From Fidelibacterota bacterium (lineage in GTDB: Bacteria; Fidelibacterota; Fidelibacteria; Fidelibacterales; Fidelibacteraceae), in NCBI GenBank assembly GCA_034660515.1, contig JAYEJI010000183.1, positions 1-58,519 of the forward strand: a DNA stretch of 58,519 nucleotides, in the 5' to 3' direction. The translations under genes and the position numbers were made by a program. This document shows positions 27,071-36,566 of this stretch, piece by piece. A model generated the notes under the pieces. That model saw only the letters and a list, made by a program, of their open reading frames with translations. It was not told the DNA's origin and ran no database searches. The number at the start of each line of letters is the position of its first letter. Position 1 is the stretch's first letter.

Positions 27071-28054
27071 ATGAAACGAATTATTAGTATAATCCTTTTA
27101 GTCCTGATCGCATTCTCATTCGGCTTGGCCAAAGATCAAAAACTGGCTCAGACCGGCATGCAATTTCTTTCGGTAGCCACAGATGGCCGTGGAGCTGCAA
27201 TGGGTCAGGCAATGACCGCGATAGAAGCCTATTCGATGGCTTTCTTCTATAACCCTGCATCAGCAGCAAAAATGACAAAGACCATGGATCTGACAGCCAG
27301 TCAGAACAATTGGATCGCAGGGATCAAACACAATGCTTTTTCAGTTGCTTTCAACCCGTCAAACGGACGTTTTGGTGTTTTTGGTATCACAGCCCGCAAT
27401 ATCGATTACGGTGATGTAGATGCTACGATCGTTGCTGAGAATGACTTGGGTTACATTGACCTTGGAGTTATGAATCCTACAGCACTTTCTGTTAGTGTCG
27501 GTTATGCCCGTTCACTGACAGATAAATTCGCTGTTGGCGGTAATGTTGGTTATGTTGTTCAACAGCTTGGTCAAAGCGTTGTTCCTTACGGTGACAGCCT
27601 ACAGACCAAATCCAATGTTGCCGGTGGTATTACCGTTGATTTCGGTACATTATACTACACCGGTTGGAAAAGCCTGGCATTCGGTATGAGTGTCCGTAAC
27701 TTCTCCGGCGAGATCAAATATGAAGATGAAGGTTTTCAGCTTCCTTTGACCTTTTCAATGGGTCTTTCAATGGATGTTCTGGATCTTCTTCCCGAAAAAC
27801 CGCAAGGTCAATCTCTAAAGTTATCAGTTGATGCACTGCATTACCGTTCACATCCGGAACAGCTTAATATTGGGCTGGAATACGGTTTTGCGAACTTGGT
27901 ATTTGCACGTGCAGGTTACAGAACAAGTGAAGACATCCAGGCACTTAGCTTTGGTATTGGTTTGAATATCAAGGGTATTGTTGTGGATTACGCATATACA
28001 CCGACAGTGGATTTTGTCGATGTACAACGCTTCACAATTGGTTTTGCATTTTAA
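27071..28054 (+). CDS. PorV/PorQ-like outer-membrane beta-barrel (putative T9SS cargo shuttle)
   Basis: 327 aa with an aaggag RBS and a signal peptide. The N-terminal motif AQTGMQFLSVATDGRGAAMGQAMTA...NPA matches my recollection of PorV/LptO. It has alternating beta-strand patterns and a C-terminal FTIGFAF. Confidence 0.55.
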   Translation: MKRIISIILLVLIAFSFGLAKDQKLAQTGMQFLSVATDGRGAAMGQAMTAIEAYSMAFFYNPASAAKMTKTMDLTASQNNWIAGIKHNAFSVAFNPSNGRFGVFGITARNIDYGDVDATIVAENDLGYIDLGVMNPTALSVSVGYARSLTDKFAVGGNVGYVVQQLGQSVVPYGDSLQTKSNVAGGITVDFGTLYYTGWKSLAFGMSVRNFSGEIKYEDEGFQLPLTFSMGLSMDVLDLLPEKPQGQSLKLSVDALHYRSHPEQLNIGLEYGFANLVFARAGYRTSEDIQALSFGIGLNIKGIVVDYAYTPTVDFVDVQRFTIGFAF

Positions 28055-28072
28055 TTAACTGAATAACAAAAG

Positions 28073-31000
28073 ATGAGAATTATGCGCAAGATATTACATA
28101 TTATCATTTGCCTTGTCTTGTTGTCATCAGTATTGATGGCGGGAACCTATGGTAAGATCAGTGGTCGCGTTGTCAATACGGAAAATGATGAGCCTCTTAT
28201 TGGTGCCAATGTTCAGATTGAGGGAACAGGCCTTGGTTCATTTACAGACGAAAACGGTTATTTCGTTGTTTTAAATGTACCGCCTGCTTCTTATAACGTG
28301 ATTGCCTCCATGGTGGGTTATACAAAAACCATTGTGAAAGGTGTTCAGGTTCGTATCGATCTGACATCTAAAGTGAACATAGCTTTAAGCGAAGAAGTGA
28401 TCGGATTGGATGAAGTGATCGTTACCGCTAAAAAAGAGATCATTAAAGTTGATGTGGCAAGTAGCCAGACCAATATTTCTTCCGACCAGATCAAGGCACT
28501 TCCGGTACAAAGTATGAATGATGTTATCGGAATGGAAGCGGGTATTGATGAGAATTTCAATATTCGTGGTTCCTCAGCTTATGAAGCCGCATTCTCGGTT
28601 GACGGTATGAGTATGAACGATGAACGTTCAAACATACCTTATACAACCGTAAGTATCAACTCGGTACAAGCTGTCAATATTCAGATCGGTGGATTTAACG
28701 CCGAATATGAAAATGCCCGTTCCGGTGTGATCAATGTGGTAACAAAAGAAGGTAAAAAAGACAAATACGAAGCCGGTGTAACTATCCGTTATGCCGCAGC
28801 AAATAAAAAATATTTTGGACCGGTTATTACTGCTGCCGATGCCTATTTCGGTCGTCCATATAATGACGATGATGTAGCATGGTGGGGAACCGATCCTGAA
28901 AGTTTCTTGGATATCAATGAGAATGGTCAATGGGATCTTGGTGAACCCTTTGAAGATAGAAACGGAGATGCTATTTATACGGATTCTCCCTGGGATATTT
29001 ATGAACGAAGTTCAAACAGATCCTGGGAAGGCTTCAATGATTATTCTCTGAATAGTTTACGGGATAATGATGAAGATAATGATCTGACCGCAGCCGCATG
29101 GCAACGCGTTTATCAGTATCAACATCGCCGTTCTGCAAATATTGTCAGTCCCGATTACACTGTTGATGTCGGTGTGGGGGGGCCTGTGCCCTTTATTGGA
29201 GAGAAGCTCGGTAATTTACGTTTCTTTGCTTCTTATCGTGGAGAACAGGAAGCACTTGCAGTTCCTTTTGCAAGTGATACCTATAATGACAATAAAGCAA
29301 CTCTAAAATTGACATCTGACATTTCACCAAAGATCAAATTGAATATTTCCGCCATGTACAGTAAGACCCGGTCCGTTTCTTATGCGTCTTGGACCTCACT
29401 GCCTTCAGGCGAAAATTATTTTAAGTCTGTTTCTTATGCTACAAATGTTGCCAGTACGGATTATAGGGTTTTTATGGATGCAAGCTATTGTCCGACTGAG
29501 ATCACTCGTAGCAGCATTGGCTTACGCTTAACACATCAGCTTAATAATCACTCTTTTTACGAGGTTGATTTGCAGCGTATGGGGTCAGATTACTATACTC
29601 AGCGTTTGGCACCACGCGACACAACACGAAATGTTGAAGTTGTTCCCGGATACTTCCTGGATGAACAACCCTTTGGTTACTGGTTTACCGAAGACGGTGA
29701 TGGAATTGGCGGTTTTGAAGATGTTGTAGGTATGCGTACGGATTGGGGTGGTTTTGCGACTGACCGCAGTAAGAACTATACAACGATCGCAAAAGCCGAT
29801 TACAAAAATCAGTTCAATGAAAACAACGAATTTAAAACTGGATTTAAATTCGTTTATACCGAATATTACATTAATGCCTGGAATGATCATCCCGGCAACA
29901 TGTTCTGGAACTATTACAATGAATGGTATCAGGATCCATGGCGCTTGGGTGCTTATGCACAGGATAAACTTGAATTCGAAGGCATGGTCGTTAATCTCGG
30001 CTTGCGTTTTGATATGTCTCAGGCAAACACTGAATGGTATGTATATGACCAATTTGATGTATTGTTGAACACATCGAATGGCCCACATATCGACAGCCTT
30101 GCAACAAAGGCAAAAACAAAAGCCATCACGGCTTTAAGTCCTCGTTTTGCCATTTCACATCCAATATCCGAACGGGCAAAGATCTACTTTAACTACGGGC
30201 ACTTCAATGCTCTGGCTCAGTCACGTTATCGATTTGTTGTAGACAGACTGGGTACCGGACAGATCAATCGTTTGGGTAATCCTGAGATCCCTTACAGTCG
30301 TACGATCCAATACGAATTGGGATACGAACATCGCCTGTTTGATGATTACCTGTTTAAGCTTAAAGGATATTATAAAGATATCAGTGATCAGCCGGCGTGG
30401 ACATATTACACCAGTCTTGATCATAAGGTCAGTTACTCGGTTGCGGATGCAAGAAATTATAAAGACGTTCGTGGTTTTGAAGCTGAGATCAAGAAAAGTT
30501 ATGGTGATTTCTTTCTCTTTAATATGAACTTTACCTATCAGGTCGTTTCTTATGGTTACTACGGCAATACTCGTTACTACGAGAATCCGACAGAACAGAT
30601 GGAATACGATCGTGATAATCATATATCCACCCATTATCAAACACGCACCTTGCCGGTTCCTTTGTTTGAATCATACTTCCTGTTCCGCACTCCTGCGGAT
30701 TACAGTTTGTTTGGCTTAAATCCGATGATCACAGGCGATTGGGCTGCTAACCTGATGTTTGAGTGGCAAGCAGGTTCTGTTACGACCTATAGCCAGACAG
30801 ATGATCCTTATGTGAGGGATAATGTTCGCTGGAAAGATTACTATATGACAGACCTGAAGATCTCAAAGAGGATCAACCTCAAACCGGTAAGTGTTTCATT
30901 GTTCCTTGATATTAATAATGTATTGAATACCAAACGCCTGAGTTATTCCGGATTCTCCAATATTTATGATCGTTACGATTATCTGAATTCATTGCATTTT

Positions 31001-31312
31001 AGTGATGAAACAGGTGTTGAAATGGGCAATGATAAGATCGGTGATGTAAGGAAAGATGGTGTTGATTATACTCCGATCGTGAGTGTAAATGATATTAGTG
31101 CACGCACAACGGTAGGTAATACCCTGGCATTATATTACGATAATGTCAGTGAATCTTACTTTGCCTGGGATGGGTCTGCATTTGTAGCGGCTGACCAAGC
31201 TCATGTGGATCAGGTTTATAAAGATAAAGCATATATCAATATGCCCAATATAGATAGCTTTACTTTTCTGAACCCGCGTAAGATCTCTTTTGGTATAACA
31301 CTTAATTTCTAA
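28073..31312 (+). CDS. TonB-dependent receptor-like outer-membrane protein with a CarboxypepD_reg domain (copy 2)
   Basis: 1079 aa, colinear paralog of 20976..24203. Shared blocks are GKISGRV, GANV, GYFVVLNVPP, VIVTAKK, VEVVPGYFLDE, DKAYINMP and FLNPRK. It ends in F. Confidence 0.8.
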   Translation: MRIMRKILHIIICLVLLSSVLMAGTYGKISGRVVNTENDEPLIGANVQIEGTGLGSFTDENGYFVVLNVPPASYNVIASMVGYTKTIVKGVQVRIDLTSKVNIALSEEVIGLDEVIVTAKKEIIKVDVASSQTNISSDQIKALPVQSMNDVIGMEAGIDENFNIRGSSAYEAAFSVDGMSMNDERSNIPYTTVSINSVQAVNIQIGGFNAEYENARSGVINVVTKEGKKDKYEAGVTIRYAAANKKYFGPVITAADAYFGRPYNDDDVAWWGTDPESFLDINENGQWDLGEPFEDRNGDAIYTDSPWDIYERSSNRSWEGFNDYSLNSLRDNDEDNDLTAAAWQRVYQYQHRRSANIVSPDYTVDVGVGGPVPFIGEKLGNLRFFASYRGEQEALAVPFASDTYNDNKATLKLTSDISPKIKLNISAMYSKTRSVSYASWTSLPSGENYFKSVSYATNVASTDYRVFMDASYCPTEITRSSIGLRLTHQLNNHSFYEVDLQRMGSDYYTQRLAPRDTTRNVEVVPGYFLDEQPFGYWFTEDGDGIGGFEDVVGMRTDWGGFATDRSKNYTTIAKADYKNQFNENNEFKTGFKFVYTEYYINAWNDHPGNMFWNYYNEWYQDPWRLGAYAQDKLEFEGMVVNLGLRFDMSQANTEWYVYDQFDVLLNTSNGPHIDSLATKAKTKAITALSPRFAISHPISERAKIYFNYGHFNALAQSRYRFVVDRLGTGQINRLGNPEIPYSRTIQYELGYEHRLFDDYLFKLKGYYKDISDQPAWTYYTSLDHKVSYSVADARNYKDVRGFEAEIKKSYGDFFLFNMNFTYQVVSYGYYGNTRYYENPTEQMEYDRDNHISTHYQTRTLPVPLFESYFLFRTPADYSLFGLNPMITGDWAANLMFEWQAGSVTTYSQTDDPYVRDNVRWKDYYMTDLKISKRINLKPVSVSLFLDINNVLNTKRLSYSGFSNIYDRYDYLNSLHFSDETGVEMGNDKIGDVRKDGVDYTPIVSVNDISARTTVGNTLALYYDNVSESYFAWDGSAFVAADQAHVDQVYKDKAYINMPNIDSFTFLNPRKISFGITLNF

Positions 31313-31327
31313 TGATTCGAGGAATAT

Positions 31328-33550
31328 ATGTTTAGATCGAATATTTCAAATAAAATCCTAATAATTGCAGTATTGATACTGCTTTCGGCGATGGCGATCG
31401 GGCAAAGCTATATTGATCCGGGACTTCAAAAGTACATCAATGTAGGTTCTCTGCAATCTCCTTTCTCCGCGGGTGGCTGCGAACGGGCATATAATAATGT
31501 CTACTATGAGGGACTGAAGTGGCCGGCATGGTATTCCTATACGGATAACCATGTTATTGACCGTCAATGGCTGGTTTGTAAGAACTATGTAAATCCCGGC
31601 GGTACGACCTTTGACTATCTGGGTCTCTATTTTTCACCCAGCAGTTTGAATCCGGACTATGGTTTCCCCATGGTATTGACCCAAACCGCACAGTTCGAAA
31701 CGCCTATCGTAGAGGTCGACTTTAACCAGAAGATCGAAGAAGATTATATAGATGACTATCATGATGATGGTGTTAGCTATGATCGTAAACTGGTCAACGT
31801 ATTCAATAGTTATCTCGGTATTGAATATACCAGAACAGTATATGCCTATTCCCAGGAATACCATGATAATTATTTCATTACCGAATATGTATTGAAAAAT
31901 ACGGGTAATACCGATTATGATGCCGATATCGAACTGCCCAATAACAGTATTGAAGGATTGCTCTTTGGTATGATGCCGCGCTATGCCACCAGCCGTGAAG
32001 TCGGATTTGTGACCAGTGGGCAGATGACTTGGGGAAAAGACCAGTGGGTTTCCTTCATGAATATCGATGATGTTGCTACATCTACATACAATCCCGATAG
32101 TTTGCGCTGTTTCTGGACTTGGTTCGGACAAAACTCCGATATTTCATCCGCTTGGGATCATATCGGAGGACCCGATGGCGGAAAAGGAACCCTTTTCAAC
32201 AGTAGAGCCGGACGTCTGACAGGCCCCCAATTTGCAGGAATGGCCTTTGTTCATGCGGATAAATCAGCAACAGATAAATCTGATGATATCAGTCAGCCCC
32301 GAACTCTAAGCTGGCATGGTGGTGATTCATATCCTTCTGTTTACGGCAAGAGTGTATCAGGTTCTAAAAACCTGTATGATATGTTGACATGGGCATCTGA
32401 ATATGCTGATGCCGAAAGCGGTTTTGGAAAAGGGGATACTATTCCAATGGTAGGTCCTAATGCAATGCGCAAGCCATATGGTGATGAAAAACCGCAAGCT
32501 GATTTTGAAGCCAGCAAGAAAAATGACGGTGGCGGTGCAGCTGCCATGGTTGCTTTTGGCCCTTACGATCTGGAGATCGGAGAAAGTGTCCGTATCGTCC
32601 TTATAGAAGCTGTCAGTGGCTTGGATAGGCAAAATTGTGTTAAAGTCGGTGAGAACTGGCTGGCAAGCAAAAACCTTATCCTACCGGACGGTTCCACGAC
32701 AACGGACCGCGATGAATATAAAAATGAATGGTTTTATACCGGTCGCGATTCATTGTTCCAAACATTTAAACGTGCCCGGGCAGCTTTCCGTAATGACCTG
32801 GTTATTACCGAACCCCCGCTGCCACCCAGTACGTTCAGGATCAACTCCGAAGGTGATAATATCCATTTGAGCTGGGTAGACAGTCCTTCGGAAATCGATG
32901 TAAATTTTGGCGGTTATAAAATATATCGTGCCATGGGCTCTGTAGATTCTTTCTATCATGAAATATATGCCTGTGGTGCCGGTACGGGAAATCCGATCAT
33001 CTACGATTACAAAGATCGTGAAGCAATTCGCGGATTTTCCTATTATTATTATATTACCGCATTTTCAGACGGTAGTTTAAATACGGATGCAAGTCTTAAT
33101 CCGGTGGGTGAGCTCGAGAGCAGTCGTGCTTATACGCAAACAAAACGCGCTGCTTATCTGCGTCGCCCCCAAGGTTTGGATTTACAAAATATCCGTATTG
33201 TACCAAATCCCTACAACCTGAAAGCCGATTCCCGGAAACCGAATGCAACACAGTTGCAATTCCCGGGTGCTGACGGCTATGATAAGATCATGTTCTACAA
33301 TATACCGGGTAAATGTGTTTTGAAGATCTATTCGGAACGTGGTGACTTGGTCAAAGAGATCAATCATCAGACCGGAAGTGGGGACGAAGAATGGAAAATT
33401 ACAACATCAAGCGGGCAGATCGCCGTAGCAGGTGTGTATATACTTTTTGTAGAAGTAAGCGAAAATATTTATGTGGATGGTGATCCCACGAAAGACCTTG
33501 TCTATCGTGAGGGTGAATCCATATACAAAAAATTCATTATTGTAAGATAA
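31328..33550 (+). CDS. Secreted 740-aa protein, paralog of 24238..26394 (partner 2)
   Basis: It has a gagga RBS and a signal peptide without a lipobox. It shares FGPY.L..GESV.IV.AE and FN3-like GYKIYRA...YYYYITAF segments with partner 1. The C-terminus is IRIVPNPYNL...MFYNIPGKCVLKIYSERGD...AGVYILFV...KKFIIVR. Confidence 0.7.
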   Translation: MFRSNISNKILIIAVLILLSAMAIGQSYIDPGLQKYINVGSLQSPFSAGGCERAYNNVYYEGLKWPAWYSYTDNHVIDRQWLVCKNYVNPGGTTFDYLGLYFSPSSLNPDYGFPMVLTQTAQFETPIVEVDFNQKIEEDYIDDYHDDGVSYDRKLVNVFNSYLGIEYTRTVYAYSQEYHDNYFITEYVLKNTGNTDYDADIELPNNSIEGLLFGMMPRYATSREVGFVTSGQMTWGKDQWVSFMNIDDVATSTYNPDSLRCFWTWFGQNSDISSAWDHIGGPDGGKGTLFNSRAGRLTGPQFAGMAFVHADKSATDKSDDISQPRTLSWHGGDSYPSVYGKSVSGSKNLYDMLTWASEYADAESGFGKGDTIPMVGPNAMRKPYGDEKPQADFEASKKNDGGGAAAMVAFGPYDLEIGESVRIVLIEAVSGLDRQNCVKVGENWLASKNLILPDGSTTTDRDEYKNEWFYTGRDSLFQTFKRARAAFRNDLVITEPPLPPSTFRINSEGDNIHLSWVDSPSEIDVNFGGYKIYRAMGSVDSFYHEIYACGAGTGNPIIYDYKDREAIRGFSYYYYITAFSDGSLNTDASLNPVGELESSRAYTQTKRAAYLRRPQGLDLQNIRIVPNPYNLKADSRKPNATQLQFPGADGYDKIMFYNIPGKCVLKIYSERGDLVKEINHQTGSGDEEWKITTSSGQIAVAGVYILFVEVSENIYVDGDPTKDLVYREGESIYKKFIIVR

Positions 33551-33567
33551 AAATGAAAGGATGTAAA

Positions 33568-34794
33568 ATGAAGAAGACACTGATGAGTCTTAGTTTGATC
33601 TTAATCGTAGTCCTGGCATTGACAGGGTGTTATGAATGGCCGGATCCTATCTGGAATCCCGATGATACCGGTTTGCCGACACCTACTATCACCGGGGTGG
33701 ACGTAACGACCTTAATGGGCGGTATTGATAATATCACCATTACAGGTACTGGATTCGGTGATGTTAAAGAAGAAGTATTGGTCTATTTCAAAAAAGGTAC
33801 AACCGTTGGACGAGGTAGAACCCTTACGGCAACTAATACACAGCTCGTTGTTGAAGCACCTGCCACTTATTCGGATTCACTTGAGATCTGGATCGATCGT
33901 CGCGGATGTTTTGAATACGCAAAAGATACAACGAACCTGATCACTATCAATGCAGGTATAAAATCATTACCGATCATCTCGACCTCTCCTCTAATTAAGG
34001 TTGGTATCAATGAAAATGGTGATATCATCGTTGCTCAGGGATCAAACCAGAGTGTTATCTCTGTAACCGTTGATGATTCGATCTCAACTATTCCGGGTGT
34101 TGCCTTTTCCAACTCATTGAATATCTTATCATTGAGAACAAAGGGAACAGACATTTACTATACACTTCGTGAATATCTGGTAAAATATGATGGTGCATTA
34201 ACTCGTTTTAAAGTCAATGCAAATAAAGAAAATTGTGTTGATTTTGCCTTTGCCGACAACAATAAAGTTTATATTGTTGGAAATGGTTTTATCTATTCGG
34301 CCGATGATGTATTGGCAAGTTCGACACTTGCTCTTGATGATACTGATTATAATTTTACCAAATGCGATTTTTATGATGGCAAGCTTTATGTTGCTTCAAC
34401 CTATCAGGGTGATGACACTCTGAAAACAAATGAAAAAGCGATCATGGCTTATCCTGTCAATACCGATGGTACACTGGGTACAGCTGAAACGATCATTAAC
34501 TGGACAGATGATTTCGCCGGTTCGATCATTTCCAATATCACCTTTGATGCCGATGACAGAATGTACGTTGCAACCCTTACCCGCACACCGATCTATGTGA
34601 TAGAACCGGTTGCCGGTTCTTATGCTGATGGCAATATCAGTCTTCTGTATCCGGTATTGCTCAATGACAATATTATCAGTATGCGCTGGGAAACGGGTGA
34701 TTATATGGCCTTCCTCGCTGAAGACAACGATGCTATGAGAACAGTCTATCGCCTGAATATGCTCGAAACGGCTTCGGCCAGTTATATCCCCTAA
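33568..34794 (+). CDS. Lipoprotein with an IPT/TIG-like domain and a probable beta-propeller
   Basis: The RBS aaagga sits 6 nt before the ATG at 33568; the ORF-track start is 33553. It has a lipobox (LALTGC) and an IPT-like segment (PTITGVDVTTLMGGIDNITITGTGFG), followed by repeated strand-rich segments. Confidence 0.6.
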   Translation: MKKTLMSLSLILIVVLALTGCYEWPDPIWNPDDTGLPTPTITGVDVTTLMGGIDNITITGTGFGDVKEEVLVYFKKGTTVGRGRTLTATNTQLVVEAPATYSDSLEIWIDRRGCFEYAKDTTNLITINAGIKSLPIISTSPLIKVGINENGDIIVAQGSNQSVISVTVDDSISTIPGVAFSNSLNILSLRTKGTDIYYTLREYLVKYDGALTRFKVNANKENCVDFAFADNNKVYIVGNGFIYSADDVLASSTLALDDTDYNFTKCDFYDGKLYVASTYQGDDTLKTNEKAIMAYPVNTDGTLGTAETIINWTDDFAGSIISNITFDADDRMYVATLTRTPIYVIEPVAGSYADGNISLLYPVLLNDNIISMRWETGDYMAFLAEDNDAMRTVYRLNMLETASASYIP

Positions 34795-34888
34795 ATAAGC
34801 GGATAAAAATTATTGCATTTAATAAACGAAAATGTTAAGATATGACATTATAGCAAATAATTAGAAAATCTAATCAAAAGGAGAAAAC

Positions 34889-36364
34889 ATGAAGAAAATG
34901 TTAGCTGTCTCATTGGTGCTCTGTGCTGCCGTTGCGTTTGCAGGCCCTGCCGGATATTATTTCGGTGAGCTTATGTATAACTTTAATGGCGCCGACAGTG
35001 TGAAAACAGAATACACACTGCTGGATGGCTCAGGTGGACACCAGACATCACCACACAGTGTTGTAGTTGACCCCGACGGTAAAGTATGGATCGGTTACTA
35101 TTATGGTTATACCGGTCAGATTGAAAATGCCCTCGGTGATACACTTACCTTAAAAGGTATGCGAATATTCATGCCTGATGGTACACCTGCAACATTCTCA
35201 CCTATCGAATATCTAGAATTTGATGATGGTTCAAAAGATACCATTTATGGTGAAAGTGCATACAATGGTTCTTGCCGTGGTATGTCAGCAATGGCAAATG
35301 GTGATATCCTCTTTACTGCATGGTCAACGATCTATAAGATCGACTACACTACCGGTGAAGGTATTGCAATGTGGAATCCTCCGATGGACGGACATGTTGC
35401 CGGTTCGATGACCGAAGCAGCTCATGATCCTGAACTCGGATTGATCTACGCCGGTCGCGTTTCTTCAAACAAACCGATCTACGTTCTTGATGAAGACCTT
35501 GCTTATGTCGGTATTGCAGTTGATACCTGCCCGACACTGCATCGTTCAATCATCGCTCGTACAACTTCAACCGGTATGGGCCAAATTTTTTCAGGTACGA
35601 TCTGGAATGGCCAGGGTATCTTTGTTTACGAATCAGATGATCCTGAATTCACCATGTTCGAATTGGTTGACACTTTAGGTAACTATGATGTTGACACCGA
35701 TTCAAACACCATTACTTACAAAGCTTGGGCAAGTTGTTTGGACTGGGTTGATGTAGATGAAGGTGTTCTCGTCTATGGTAACTATCAATCAGCAAAAGTT
35801 TATGTTGATGTTGCTACTGCTCCTGCAAATACTCATTCATCAAAATGGATAATTTTTGATGTTGATGATGATGCAGAAGTTGCTCAATTTGGTGCTAAAT
35901 ACTCATACACATACGATGTAACTGAAAATACTGCCTCTGATTCACTTGACAATCAACCTGCAACTTGGGCACCTCGCGGTGCTTCAGTCAAAGTAGCTGG
36001 CGATCATTATGAATTCGTCATTGCTGACTTTGACTTAAGTACGATCCAAAAAGTTGTCTGGTCTGCAGATGGTCTTGAAGGTAACGACAGATTTGTTCCT
36101 TATGGCTTTGTCTTAGAACAAAACTATCCGAACCCCTTCAACCCGACCACAAGCATCTCTTTCCGTATTCCTGAAAGTTTTGATGTCGCTGTCGACGTTT
36201 ATGACTTAGCAGGTACGAAAGTTGCTACAGTTTATAGTGGCCGTATGGATGCCGGTACACATAACATGACCTTTGATGCTTCAAACTTAGCATCAGGTAC
36301 TTATGTTTATCAGCTGACAGCCGGTGAATTTACTGTATCACGTAAGATGACTCTCGTTAAATAA
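34889..36364 (+). CDS. Beta-propeller-like surface protein with a T9SS type A C-terminal sorting domain
   Basis: 491 aa with an aaaggag RBS and a signal peptide. The canonical CTD reads LEQNYPNPFNPTTSISF...VYDLAGTKV...SGTYVYQL...RKMTLVK. Confidence 0.8.
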   Translation: MKKMLAVSLVLCAAVAFAGPAGYYFGELMYNFNGADSVKTEYTLLDGSGGHQTSPHSVVVDPDGKVWIGYYYGYTGQIENALGDTLTLKGMRIFMPDGTPATFSPIEYLEFDDGSKDTIYGESAYNGSCRGMSAMANGDILFTAWSTIYKIDYTTGEGIAMWNPPMDGHVAGSMTEAAHDPELGLIYAGRVSSNKPIYVLDEDLAYVGIAVDTCPTLHRSIIARTTSTGMGQIFSGTIWNGQGIFVYESDDPEFTMFELVDTLGNYDVDTDSNTITYKAWASCLDWVDVDEGVLVYGNYQSAKVYVDVATAPANTHSSKWIIFDVDDDAEVAQFGAKYSYTYDVTENTASDSLDNQPATWAPRGASVKVAGDHYEFVIADFDLSTIQKVVWSADGLEGNDRFVPYGFVLEQNYPNPFNPTTSISFRIPESFDVAVDVYDLAGTKVATVYSGRMDAGTHNMTFDASNLASGTYVYQLTAGEFTVSRKMTLVK

Positions 36365-36385
36365 AATAACGAAACATCATACATT

Positions 36386-36413
36386 AAAAACCCGTCTTCG
36401 GACGGGTTTTTTT
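36386..36413 (+). terminator. Strong intrinsic terminator ending the 15-kb operon
   Basis: aaaaACCCGTC ttcg GACGGGT ttttttt. Confidence 0.9.
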
Positions 36414-36429
36414 ATATTTATGGATATTC

Positions 36430-36465
36430 TTCAGTAGCCTCGGGTTTAAACCCGAGGCTACTGAA
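36430..36465. repeat. Perfect 36-bp palindrome (family copy 1)
   Basis: TTCAGTAGCCTCGGGTTT|AAACCCGAGGCTACTGAA. It starts 17 nt after the terminator and ends 102 nt before the ATG at 36567. Confidence 0.9.
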
Positions 36466-36566
36466 AATTCTGTCTTTTAACTTCCGGCATCTGAATTCTA
36501 AATTATTTGCCCGTTTCCCAAAAACATAGTATCTTCGATAAGATATAAAACTGAACAGGCGGTATA

